This document shows, piece by piece, positions 55,015 to 64,000 of a stretch of 64,000 nt of DNA. The stretch is from NCBI GenBank assembly GCA_963665295.1, contig OY762209.1:1216001-1280000 (forward strand). The letters run 5' to 3'. This stretch comes from Syntrophorhabdaceae bacterium. GTDB taxonomy: Bacteria > Desulfobacterota > Syntrophorhabdia > Syntrophorhabdales > Syntrophorhabdaceae. The notes under the pieces are model-generated. The model did not search any database and was not told where the DNA came from. It was given only the letters and a program-made list of their open reading frames with translations. Every line of letters starts with the position of its first letter. Positions within the stretch are counted from its first letter, which is position 1. Position numbers and translations under genes: made by a program.

Positions 55015-56166
55015 ATGAAATACGATTTCGACGAGGTTATCGAGCGACGGGGCACGGGCAGCATCAAATGGGAAAGGTATGGCGACGATGTTATTCCCCT
55101 GTGGGTGGCGGATATGGATTTTGTTTCTCCCGAACCCATCGTGAAAGCCCTCCATGAACGGGCGGACCATCGTATCTTCGGGTATACCATGGCGGGAAAG
55201 GAACTCATAGGGGTTATCCGGGAACGGCTCGAAAGGCTTTATGGGTGGAACGTCCTTGAAGATGAGATCCTTTTCGTGCCCGGCGTGGTAACGGCCCTTA
55301 ACCTCGCCTTTCAACTTTTTGCGGGTCCCGGGGACGGCGTGCTGGTTCAGCCGCCCGTCTATTCGCATTTCATTACCGACCCCGTAGCCCGCGGCCGCAC
55401 CCTGGTTGACCCTCCGTTGGTGAAAAAGGGGGACACCTACGAAATCGACTTCGACGCCTTTGAGAAGGCGATCACGGACCGGACAAGGCTCTTCGTGCTC
55501 TGCAATCCCCACAACCCCGTGGGCCGCGTGTTCCGGAAGGACGAACTGGAGCGGCTTGCCCGTATCTGCCTGAGCCGCAATGTGCTCATCTGCGCCGACG
55601 AGATTCATTGCGACCTTGTCTACCCCGGTCACCGGCATATACCCATGGCGAGCCTCGGCGGCGAGGCGGCGGACCGGACCATTACCCTCATGTCGCCGAG
55701 CAAGACCTTCAACCTCGCGGGCCTTGGATGTTCCTTCGCAATCATCAAAAACCCTCTCCTCAGGGAAACCTGGATAAGGGGCGGCGCGGGGCTCATCCCC
55801 TTCGTAAACGTCATGGGCCTGACCGCGGCCCTGGCGGGTCTCAGGGACGGACAGGACTGGCTCGACCAGTGCCTCCGCTACCTGAAGGGCAACAGGGACT
55901 TTCTCGCGGAATATGTGCGTGACAGGCTTCCTTCCCTCACCATGACCCGCGTCGAGGGGACGTACCTCGCTTGGCTTGACTGCAGACAATCGGGGATCAA
56001 AGGGAACCCTTTCCATTTCTTTCTTAAGGAGAGCAAGGTGGCCCTCAACAACGGGGCCGAGTGCGGAAAGGGCGGAGAAGGGTTCGTGCGGCTCAACTTC
56101 GCATGCCCGAGAAAGACGCTGGCCGACGGCCTCGAGCGAATGACAGGCGCTTTAAGAAAGTTATAG
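55015..56166 (+). CDS. MalY/PatB-family PLP-dependent C-S lyase
   Basis: PLWVADMDF, LCNPHNP, DEIH, SPSKTFN, RLNFACP. Confidence 0.94.
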   Translation: MKYDFDEVIERRGTGSIKWERYGDDVIPLWVADMDFVSPEPIVKALHERADHRIFGYTMAGKELIGVIRERLERLYGWNVLEDEILFVPGVVTALNLAFQLFAGPGDGVLVQPPVYSHFITDPVARGRTLVDPPLVKKGDTYEIDFDAFEKAITDRTRLFVLCNPHNPVGRVFRKDELERLARICLSRNVLICADEIHCDLVYPGHRHIPMASLGGEAADRTITLMSPSKTFNLAGLGCSFAIIKNPLLRETWIRGGAGLIPFVNVMGLTAALAGLRDGQDWLDQCLRYLKGNRDFLAEYVRDRLPSLTMTRVEGTYLAWLDCRQSGIKGNPFHFFLKESKVALNNGAECGKGGEGFVRLNFACPRKTLADGLERMTGALRKL

Positions 56167-56281
56167 ACGTTGAACGGCACGATCCACTGCCCCGGCAAAA
56201 CCTGTTGACACGAATCCTGCGTACCATATAAAACGTGATTCCATTACTCCCCGGTGGGCTGTTTCTTTCTATCGGACCCCA

Positions 56282-56308
56282 TAAAGTATTTTTTTTCGAT
56301 GCCGATAA
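56282..56308 (+). promoter_or_regulatory. sigma28 (FliA) promoter
   Basis: Exact TAAA-N15-GCCGATAA upstream of motA. Confidence 0.85.
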
Positions 56309-56470
56309 CTGTGTATCGGTCTTCCTCCCCGGACGAGGGAATAACCGCGGGAATCGCGCGAAAGACCCGGACTGCAAAAGGCCGGAACATGGAGGACTGA
56401 ATATACATGAGGTGACGTGGATGAGTATTGCAGGGGGATTGTCTTTGTTGAGACATGAAGGGGAAATGAC

Positions 56471-57325
56471 ATGTTCGTAATCATCGGTTCCGTAGTGGTC
56501 GTTGTGGCGGTCCTTGGCGGGTTTGCCCTGGAAGGAGGGCCTTTTCTCGTACTTATGCAATTCGCCGAATTTTTGATCATAGGAGGCTCCGCCCTGGGGG
56601 CGCTCCTGATCTCGGCGCCCACAAACGTATTGATGAAGATTGTCGCGAGGATCATGGCGGCCCTCAAGGGCTCCACGGTGAGCAAGCAGACGTACCTCGA
56701 CATCCTGAAGCTCATGTTCGAGGTCTTCCAGGTGAGCCGAAAAGACGGCCTCATTGCCCTGGAGTCGCACATCGAGAACCCGGAGCAGAGCGCGATCTTC
56801 AGCCAGTACCCGAAGTTCCTGGCCCAGCATCACCTCCTTTATTTTATGTGCGACACCTTCCGTCTCGTGGTCCTGGGCGGAGTGCCGGCTCATGATATGG
56901 AGGCCCTCATGGACGGCGATATTGAGACGCACCACCAGGAAGGCACGAAGCCGGGCATGATCCTTCAGAAGATAGGAGATTCCATGCCGGGCCTCGGTAT
57001 CGTGGCCGCCGTCCTCGGTATCGTGATCACCATGCAGGCGATCAACGGGCCGCCGGAGGAAATAGGCCACAAGGTGGCGGCGGCGCTTGTAGGTACCTTC
57101 CTCGGCATCTTCATTTCCTACGGGTTCCTTCAGCCCCTTGCCACCAACATCGACCTTGCGAACGACGAGGAGTCGAAGGTCTTCGAAGCGGTGAAGGCGG
57201 GCATGATCGCCTTTGCGAAGGGTTTCAACCCCATCGTGTCGGTGGAGTTCGCGAGGCGGGCGATTCCCGGTGAGTACAGACCCTTGTTTCAGGACATGGA
57301 AGATTATGTAAAGGGCAAAAAGTAA
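56471..57325 (+). CDS. motA: Flagellar motor stator protein MotA
   Basis: RKDGLIALE, PGLGIVAAVLG, ALVGTFLG. Confidence 0.95.
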   Translation: MFVIIGSVVVVVAVLGGFALEGGPFLVLMQFAEFLIIGGSALGALLISAPTNVLMKIVARIMAALKGSTVSKQTYLDILKLMFEVFQVSRKDGLIALESHIENPEQSAIFSQYPKFLAQHHLLYFMCDTFRLVVLGGVPAHDMEALMDGDIETHHQEGTKPGMILQKIGDSMPGLGIVAAVLGIVITMQAINGPPEEIGHKVAAALVGTFLGIFISYGFLQPLATNIDLANDEESKVFEAVKAGMIAFAKGFNPIVSVEFARRAIPGEYRPLFQDMEDYVKGKK

Positions 57326-58173
57326 TGGACGAAGAGCACAACACCCCTGTCAGGATTATAATAAAGAAGAAGAAGGGGCACGGAGGCGGACACCATGGAG
57401 GCGCGTGGAAGGTCGCCTACGCCGATTTCGTCACCGCCATGATGGCCCTCTTTATCGTGCTCTGGATCGTAGGTCAGAGCACTGCGGTGAAGAACGCGAT
57501 TGCCGCCTATTTCAAGGACCCCGGCGTGTTCACGAGCGGCCGCACGGGAGGCGTCCTTCCCGATGCGCAGAAAACCACACCCATGCCTCCGCCCCCCGCG
57601 CCTTTTGACGGCCCTGCGGCGGAGATGGAGAAACTGAAGGCGGAAGCGGCACAGATAGAGAAGGCGATCTCCGGCCAGACGGAGTTCAAGAAGTTCATCG
57701 ACAAGATCCACCTTACCGTTACGGACGAGGGCTTGAGGATCGATCTGGTGGAGGCGTCGGAGGGCCTTTTCTTTGACATAGGCAAGGCGCACATCAAGCC
57801 GGAGACGGTGAAGCTCCTCAAGATCATCGCCGCCCATGTCGGGAAGCTTCCCAACGACGTGATCGTGGAGGGGTATACCGATGCGAGGCCTTACGTCTCC
57901 ACGGGATACTCGAACTGGGATTTGAGTACGGACCGGGCGAACAGCGCGAGAAAGGTATTGGACGAAGGGGGACTTCGGAAGAACCAGGTAATCCAGGTAA
58001 GGGGTTTTGCGGACAGAAAACTGAGGATGCCCGACAAACCCATGGATTTTACGAACAGACGGGTAAGCATTCTTGTAGCCGCGAAACAGGCTGCCGAACC
58101 CCGACAGGGAACAGGGCAGGGGTCCTCAGGGACAAAGGCGTCCCCCCAGCCCGCAGGTGAGGTCAAGAAATGA
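57325..58173 (+). CDS. motB: Flagellar motor stator protein MotB
   Basis: WKVAYADFVTAMMA, OmpA-like domain (NWDLSTDRA, NRRV). Confidence 0.95.
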   Translation: MDEEHNTPVRIIIKKKKGHGGGHHGGAWKVAYADFVTAMMALFIVLWIVGQSTAVKNAIAAYFKDPGVFTSGRTGGVLPDAQKTTPMPPPPAPFDGPAAEMEKLKAEAAQIEKAISGQTEFKKFIDKIHLTVTDEGLRIDLVEASEGLFFDIGKAHIKPETVKLLKIIAAHVGKLPNDVIVEGYTDARPYVSTGYSNWDLSTDRANSARKVLDEGGLRKNQVIQVRGFADRKLRMPDKPMDFTNRRVSILVAAKQAAEPRQGTGQGSSGTKASPQPAGEVKK

Positions 58174-59366
58174 ACGATCAGGACAGGCAGTACAGCATAC
58201 TCGCGGTCGATGACGACCCCGACGCCCTGAGGACTATCGTCGCCATCCTGAAAATGGACGCGACCTATGACGTCCATCAGGCCGGTAGTGCGATGGAAGC
58301 GGTCCGTGTTTTCCGCGAGGGCAGCCCGGACCTTGTGGTCTGCGGTTTTCGCGGCCTTCCGGACTGCATAGGGTTGATGCAGCGTATCAAGGAGACGCCG
58401 GGGCCCGTGCTCCCCGCCTTTCTCATCATCTACGAAAGGACTCAGTTTCCCGACTTCGCCAAGGGCCACGAGAACGGAGCGGACGATTACATAGAGAGGC
58501 TTCTCCTCAAGAAGGTCCTCCTTCTCAAGATCCGGAACCTCCTCCGGACGAGGGCCCTCAAGGAAGAGTTGAAAGAGGAAAAAAAGAGGCTCGAAATCGC
58601 GAACGAGCAACTCGAAAGAAACTTCAAGGAACTGACCGCCATTCTTCTCAATATACTCGAAGTGCGCATGCCCGGTGCGAGCGACAGGGCGGAGACCGCG
58701 AAGAACGCCGCGGAATTCGTGGTCCACAAGCTCGGACTGGAAAAGGAAGAACGGAAGAATATCATCTTTGCCGCCCTCCTCCATGAGATGGGCAAGGTGG
58801 GGCTTCCCGACGAGGTGGCCGCCAAGCGGTACAATACGGTCCCGCCGGCATTGCTTCCCCTCTTTCAGCAATATGCCACGGTGGGATCCATGATCATATC
58901 GACGGTAACGGGGTTCAAGGAGTCTGCCGAAGCAGTGTACCACCAACTCGAGAATTACGACGGCACCGGCTTCCCCGATGGACTCATCGGGGACCAGATA
59001 CCTTTGGCAGCGAGGGTCTTGAGGGCCATTCTCTTTGCCGAGGACCTCCTTGGCCAGGGCCGTTCCTACGAGGACGCCATCGACGGGGTGAGATACGCCA
59101 TGCACACCGCCCTTGATCCCAGGGTTGCAAATCCGCTCATAGAGTTCCTCTACGAGCATGCCAAATCAGGGGACAACAGGAGACTGAAGCTCTCCGTGGA
59201 AGCCCTTGAACCGGGCATGGTGGTCGCGGAGGACGTCTACGCGTCGAGCGGGATAAAGCTGATCCCCAAGGGCGTGAAGCTTCAGGAGAGGATGCTCTCC
59301 CTTCTCATCGAGCGGAACAAGACGGACCCCATAGTAGGAGGCGTCTACATCGCCGTGGCAAAGTGA
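58170..59366 (+). CDS. Degenerate REC + HD-GYP domain protein
   Basis: ILAVDDD receiver-like N-terminus; ALLHEMGK, HQLENYDGTGFPDGL. Confidence 0.85.
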   Translation: MNDQDRQYSILAVDDDPDALRTIVAILKMDATYDVHQAGSAMEAVRVFREGSPDLVVCGFRGLPDCIGLMQRIKETPGPVLPAFLIIYERTQFPDFAKGHENGADDYIERLLLKKVLLLKIRNLLRTRALKEELKEEKKRLEIANEQLERNFKELTAILLNILEVRMPGASDRAETAKNAAEFVVHKLGLEKEERKNIIFAALLHEMGKVGLPDEVAAKRYNTVPPALLPLFQQYATVGSMIISTVTGFKESAEAVYHQLENYDGTGFPDGLIGDQIPLAARVLRAILFAEDLLGQGRSYEDAIDGVRYAMHTALDPRVANPLIEFLYEHAKSGDNRRLKLSVEALEPGMVVAEDVYASSGIKLIPKGVKLQERMLSLLIERNKTDPIVGGVYIAVAK

Positions 59367-59408
59367 CCGCCCCCGGACGCGCCTTACGCGACTCTCTTCC
59401 GTGAGGGT

Positions 59409-60191
59409 CTACAGGTAAAATTCGGGTTCTTTCCGTTGACGGCACATGACGCCGAGTCTTTGAGCGAGTTCAATAAGGCGGGGGTCATTGAGGGCCCTTG
59501 CCCCGTAAGGACAATGCTTCACGCAGGCGCAGCAGAGGACGCATTTGTCCCTGTCGGTTACCCAGGTTTTGCCGTCGAGCCGGATCGCGGTGACGGGGCA
59601 GACCTCCACGCAGGCCCCGCAATTCAGGCAGTCCGATTCACCCGTTTCCGGAGAGGTTCTGAAGGAGGGACCCCTGTCCCGGTAGGGGAAGTTTCCCGGC
59701 ACCTCAAGGAGGGCAGGGGCCATGAATGGTCCGGCCTCGTCCATCTTCTTCTTTACCATTGTCCCGAAGGCCCAGGCCTGGTCGAGGTCCCCTATGTCCG
59801 GTCTGCCTTCGGCTATGGGGTTGTCCTTTGTGGAGAAGGAATGCTCGCCTATGAAGGCAGCCCCGGCAATGGGCGTGAACCCGGCTTCTTGAGCGATGTT
59901 CCTCAGTTCGAGGAGGGCGTCCTCGTACTCCCTGTTTCCGTACACCACGACAATGACCGCGGGAGTACCCTTCGCCCTGATCCGTTGCAGCTTAAGGACT
60001 GCAGGCAAGGCCACTCGTCCCGTGTACACAGGGACTCCAATGACTGTCAGGTCGCCGGGGTTCTCCGTTCCGGTTCCCGGAGCGGCCAGATCGATCCCGG
60101 TGACGGGCCCAAGATCAAGCCCTTCCGCGATTGCCTCAAGGACCTTCCTCGTTGTTCCGGTCGGTGAGAAATAGAGTAGTGTCACTGCCAT
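59409..60191 (-). CDS. Flavodoxin-ferredoxin (EFR1-like) protein
   Basis: YFSPTGTT, YGNREYEDAL, two CxxCxxCxxxCP clusters. Confidence 0.9.
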   Translation of the reverse strand: MAVTLLYFSPTGTTRKVLEAIAEGLDLGPVTGIDLAAPGTGTENPGDLTVIGVPVYTGRVALPAVLKLQRIRAKGTPAVIVVVYGNREYEDALLELRNIAQEAGFTPIAGAAFIGEHSFSTKDNPIAEGRPDIGDLDQAWAFGTMVKKKMDEAGPFMAPALLEVPGNFPYRDRGPSFRTSPETGESDCLNCGACVEVCPVTAIRLDGKTWVTDRDKCVLCCACVKHCPYGARALNDPRLIELAQRLGVMCRQRKEPEFYL

Positions 60192-60358
60192 AGATAGGTA
60201 TCTTCCTGTCGCGTCTTTCATTATATACCGTTTTTCCGCGGCATTCCACCCTATATCCAGGCCCTGTCCGTGTTTCGAGGGGAGACGTGGAGAGAGGAGG
60301 ATCATCAATGCTTGCGGTCCCCGTCCCTGATACCCTATAATGGAGGGGGTATGGAGAG

Positions 60359-61180
60359 ATGAAAGACGAATATCTTGCCACGGGCTTTGCGGACGTGGAC
60401 GGGCGGGACGACGCCGCCCCCTACGCACGCTGCCTCGACCTCCTTGATTCCCTGCCCTATTACCGGGACTGCAAGGAGCGAAGTTACGAGCTTCTTAAGC
60501 TTGGTCCCGGCGAGCACGTGCTGGAAGTGGGCTCAGGGCTTGGTGATGACGCGGTGCGCATGGCCCGGAGGGTCGCGCCGGGGGGCATGGTGGTCGGGGT
60601 GGACCCGAGCGCACGAATGGTCGAGGGGGCGCGGGAACGGGCCCCGGGGGACCTGTCCGTCGCATTCTGTCGCGCCGATGCCCGGGATCTCCCTTTTCGG
60701 GACGGACGGTTTACCCGGGCGAGGGTCGACAGGACCCTCCAGCATATCAGGGACCCGGAAGAGACCCTCCGCGAGATGGCGAGGGTCGTCGCGCCCGGAG
60801 GGATCCTCGTCGCCTACGACAACGACTGGGGGACGTTTGCGGTGAGCGGGAGAAGCGTGGAGATCACCGCGATTGTGGAGACCCTCTGGAAAGATTCCTT
60901 TACCAGCCCGCGGATAGGCAGGTTCCTCACGGGGTATTTTGCCCGGGTGGGGCTTGGAAGCATTGCGGCGTATCCGTCGGTTTCGGTCATCACCGACCTG
61001 GATCTCGCGGACCGGGTCTACAACCTTCGGCAGACGGTGAAACACGCAGTGGAGGCGAGGCTCATCACGCCCGTTGCCGGGACCGGATGGCTCTCGGAAT
61101 TGGAAGCAGAAAGCCGGGAAGGCCGTTTCTTCTGCACCCTCACCGCCTTCACCGTGGTGGGCACGAAACCGGCGCGATGA
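60359..61180 (+). CDS. Class I SAM-dependent methyltransferase
   Basis: VLEVGSGLG, DARDLPF, RVVAPGG. Confidence 0.9.
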   Translation: MKDEYLATGFADVDGRDDAAPYARCLDLLDSLPYYRDCKERSYELLKLGPGEHVLEVGSGLGDDAVRMARRVAPGGMVVGVDPSARMVEGARERAPGDLSVAFCRADARDLPFRDGRFTRARVDRTLQHIRDPEETLREMARVVAPGGILVAYDNDWGTFAVSGRSVEITAIVETLWKDSFTSPRIGRFLTGYFARVGLGSIAAYPSVSVITDLDLADRVYNLRQTVKHAVEARLITPVAGTGWLSELEAESREGRFFCTLTAFTVVGTKPAR

Positions 61181-61294
61181 GGCCCCGCCCCTTCCTGTTC
61201 CGGCCGGTCGAGATTGACTCTTTGTACCGGTTGTAGTATACATAGGGACGGGTGAAAAGGCCCGATGAGATCAGGAGGAGGAACTTTCCCGATA

Positions 61295-61945
61295 ATGGAT
61301 GTAGTCAAGGCTTTCATCAATTTCTTCATGCATATAGACGTGCATCTGAGCACGGTGATCGCCGCGTACGGCGTATGGACCTACCTGATCCTCTTTCTCG
61401 TGATTTTCTGCGAGACCGGGCTTGTGGTGACCCCTCTTTTGCCGGGGGACTCCCTTCTCTTCGCTGCCGGGGCTTTTGCGGCCAAGGGCGCCCTCGATGT
61501 GGCGTGGCTCTTCGCGCTCCTCTCCGTTGCCGCGGTTCTCGGGGATACGGCGAATTACTGGCTCGGGTGCTGCGTGGGCCCGAAGGTTTTCAGTGGGGAA
61601 CGTATCCGGTTCCTGAACCGGGAGTACCTGGAGCGGACCCACAATTTTTACGAAAGATACGGGGGCAAAACCATCGTCATCGCCCGGTTTGTGCCCATCA
61701 TCCGGACCTTCGCGCCTTTTGTCGCGGGCATAGGGAGCATGACCTACTGGCGTTTCATCAGCTATAACATCGTGGGGGGCGTGGCCTGGATCGCGGTCTG
61801 TCTCTTTGCGGGTTTCTTCTTCGGCAACCTGAGGGTGGTGAAGGAGAACTTCTCCCTCGTGATCTTTGCCATAATATTCATCTCCATCTTGCCCGGCATC
61901 ATCGAGTTTCTGCGCCAGCGGTTCAAAGCATCCCAGGCATTATGA
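61295..61945 (+). CDS. DedA-family membrane protein
   Basis: FCETGLVVTPLLPGDSLLFAAG, ARFVPIIRTFAPFVAG. Confidence 0.95.
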   Translation: MDVVKAFINFFMHIDVHLSTVIAAYGVWTYLILFLVIFCETGLVVTPLLPGDSLLFAAGAFAAKGALDVAWLFALLSVAAVLGDTANYWLGCCVGPKVFSGERIRFLNREYLERTHNFYERYGGKTIVIARFVPIIRTFAPFVAGIGSMTYWRFISYNIVGGVAWIAVCLFAGFFFGNLRVVKENFSLVIFAIIFISILPGIIEFLRQRFKASQAL

Positions 61946-62430
61946 GATTTTCCGTCGAAGGGGCACGGGTCCTTGTACCCGCCCTCCTTCTTGCGAGCCT
62001 GATTTTGATGGTGTTTCCCCTCGCAGGCAGGCGCGCCTCCGGTTCCCCGTCGCCCACAGTGGTCTTCTATGAAAACGGCCGTCCGGGACCGTGCTCGTTT
62101 AAAGTGGAGGTTGCATCCACACCGGAGGAACAGACCCGCGGTCTCATGTTTGTGAAACATCTCGACCCGGAACGGGGTATGCTCTTTGTGTTCGGGAAGG
62201 ACGAGATGCGCTCCTTCTGGATGCGGAATACCCTCATCCCCCTCGATATGATCTTCATTACCTCCGCCCGCAAGGTCGTCCATGTCCACCACGGCGCAAT
62301 CCCCTTGGACGAGACGCCCATAAGCTCGCGGGCCGGGGCCCGGTACGTTCTGGAAGTGAATGGGGGCAAGGCGGACATGTGCCGCATCAAAACAGGCACG
62401 AAGGTAAAGTTTACTAATCTCTCACCGTAA
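61942..62430 (+). CDS. DUF192-family protein
   Basis: RGLMF, GMLFVF, FWMRNTLIPLDMIFI, YVLEVNGG. Confidence 0.92.
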   Translation: MRFSVEGARVLVPALLLASLILMVFPLAGRRASGSPSPTVVFYENGRPGPCSFKVEVASTPEEQTRGLMFVKHLDPERGMLFVFGKDEMRSFWMRNTLIPLDMIFITSARKVVHVHHGAIPLDETPISSRAGARYVLEVNGGKADMCRIKTGTKVKFTNLSP

Positions 62431-64000
62431 AGGATACCTCGTCGAGGACGGTCATGGCCTCGTCCACGAGTTTCAGGGTGTGGGTACCCGCAGTGGGACT
62501 CCACGGGCAGAGGTCGCCCCTGCCGATAACCTCGTTGTCTACCATCCATGCAACCTTTCTGGCCGGCGCCGTCGCCTCGAAGAAGACCTTTTGCCGGGGC
62601 AGGGGTATGTCGGGGTCGAGGGCGATTACGAGGTTTCCCGGCGGATAGAGGATTTTCGTCCGCGCCCGTGAAGGTGTCGCGGTCCTGACTTGTTGGGGCT
62701 CCGTGCCTTTGATAAACCACTCTTCCCGCCCTGTCCCGTCGCGTCCCCCCGTAGGGGCCGCGACCGCGACTCCCCCGGGGACCTCCGGCGGCCTGGAAGG
62801 GGTTGACCGGTGGAGATAATTCATGATTTCATGCCACAGGGGCGCCGCGCCGGAAACGCCGGAGACGTTCCACATGGAGCTGCCCGAGAAGTTGCCGATC
62901 CAGACGCCCACCGTATAATCCCGGGAATACCCCAGGCACCAGTTATCCCGCATGTCCTTGCTCGTCCCTGTCTTCGCCGCGGCCCAGAACCGGGTGGCGA
63001 GGGGGTTTTCGTAGCCGAAGGTGAGGCTTCTCGCTTCCCTGTCCGAAAGTATGTCCGATACGATAAATGCGGATTCCCTTGAGAACACCCTCCCGCCTTT
63101 GCCATGGGCCTTCCGGGGAAGGAGCGTGAGGTCGCCCCTGATCCCGCCGTTGGCCAGGGTCCTGTAGGCGTTCGTCAGTTCGTAGAGGCTCACGTCAAGG
63201 GTCCCCAGGGCCAGGGAGAAGCTGTAATACTCCCCGTCTCTCAGGCCGGAAAACCCGAGGTCCCGAAGCTTGGTCACGAACTCCTCGGCCCCCGTAAGCA
63301 TGAGGGCCCTCACTGCGGGAACGTTGAGGGAAGACGCGAGGGCGGTCCGGGCGGCCACGGGCCCCTTGAAAGAATGGTCGTAGTTTTCCGGCTTGTAGAT
63401 GCCCCGTTCCGTCGGTATCTCGAGGGATGAATCGTCGATGAGGGATGCGGCGGTGAGCGTGTGGGCGTCGAAGGCGAGGGCGTAGAGGAAGGGCTTGAGG
63501 GTCGAGCCCGCCTGCCGTTTCGCCCGGATGCCGTCGACCCAGAAGGCCGAGGACTGGGCGCCCCCGTTGCCCACGTAAGCCCGTATTTCCCCGGTCCTGT
63601 TTTCGACCACGAGTATGGCCCCGTCCGTCACGTTTTCGCGCTTAAGCGCTCCCAGTTGGGCCCGGAGGAGCCCGGCGGCAAAGGCCTGGAGATCGCCGTC
63701 CAGGGTGCACCGGGCCTCCTTGCGGTTTTCGTTCAGGAGGTAAAAGGCTGCATGGGGCGCGAGGGCCACATGGGCTTTGAGGGCGTAAGGTTTAAGGAGT
63801 GTCTCCCTGAGACGGGCGGCGAGATCTGCCTTGCCTATGCCGGTCTTGAGGGTGCCGTCGAGGGCGGCCGCCCTCTCTGTGACCTTCTCCACCGGGGCGT
63901 TGGGTGAACGGATAAGGACGGCGAGTATGAGGGATTCGAGGCAATCGAGGCCGCTCGGCTCCTTGCCGAAAAGACCCCTCGATGCCGCCGCGATGCCCCT
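62414..64000 (-). CDS. pbpC: Penicillin-binding protein 1C (3' part; starts beyond window)
   Basis: GSTLKPF, SLN, KTGTS motifs plus C-terminal BiPBP-like domain. Confidence 0.92.
   Translation of the reverse strand, partial: RGIAAASRGLFGKEPSGLDCLESLILAVLIRSPNAPVEKVTERAAALDGTLKTGIGKADLAARLRETLLKPYALKAHVALAPHAAFYLLNENRKEARCTLDGDLQAFAAGLLRAQLGALKRENVTDGAILVVENRTGEIRAYVGNGGAQSSAFWVDGIRAKRQAGSTLKPFLYALAFDAHTLTAASLIDDSSLEIPTERGIYKPENYDHSFKGPVAARTALASSLNVPAVRALMLTGAEEFVTKLRDLGFSGLRDGEYYSFSLALGTLDVSLYELTNAYRTLANGGIRGDLTLLPRKAHGKGGRVFSRESAFIVSDILSDREARSLTFGYENPLATRFWAAAKTGTSKDMRDNWCLGYSRDYTVGVWIGNFSGSSMWNVSGVSGAAPLWHEIMNYLHRSTPSRPPEVPGGVAVAAPTGGRDGTGREEWFIKGTEPQQVRTATPSRARTKILYPPGNLVIALDPDIPLPRQKVFFEATAPARKVAWMVDNEVIGRGDLCPWSPTAGTHTLKLVDEAMTVLDEVSFTVRD

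Noticed and set aside
56320..56400. c-di-GMP riboswitch before motA
   Set aside because: GAAA and GCAAA words are present but the GGCAAAC...GGRCGCAAAGC architecture is not; an Rfam scan would settle it

Overview
GC-rich bacterial chromosomal window; gene content is consistent with an anaerobic deltaproteobacterium-type (Desulfobacterota-like) organism, which is inference only. 1-11.4 kb: groESL with a CIRCE-like operator, a DUF89-dnaJ/cbpA-hypothetical operon, a molybdenum-storage-like gene, an intact IS256-family element (8-bp TSD) and leuA preceded by a Leu-rich leader peptide/attenuator. 11.9-25.4 kb: core tRNA-tuf-rpmG-secE-nusG-rplKAJL-rpoBC cluster, ending tail-to-tail on lysR-tolB-pal-cpoB. 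29-55 kb: accessory region with panB-lrp, a split lipoprotein/L,D-transpeptidase-like module, hrpB, secreted S8, C1 and beta-helix proteins (the last two share a double BACON-like tail), several internally deleted gene relics, and a collapsed SpvB/Rhs polymorphic-toxin remnant followed by a tandemly duplicated, patch-diversified putative immunity gene and an ankyrin protein. 56-64 kb: sigma28-driven motA-motB plus a degenerate REC/HD-GYP gene, housekeeping genes and the 3' part of pbpC. No CRISPR array or rRNA seen. All family calls come from motif recognition by eye; no searches were run.
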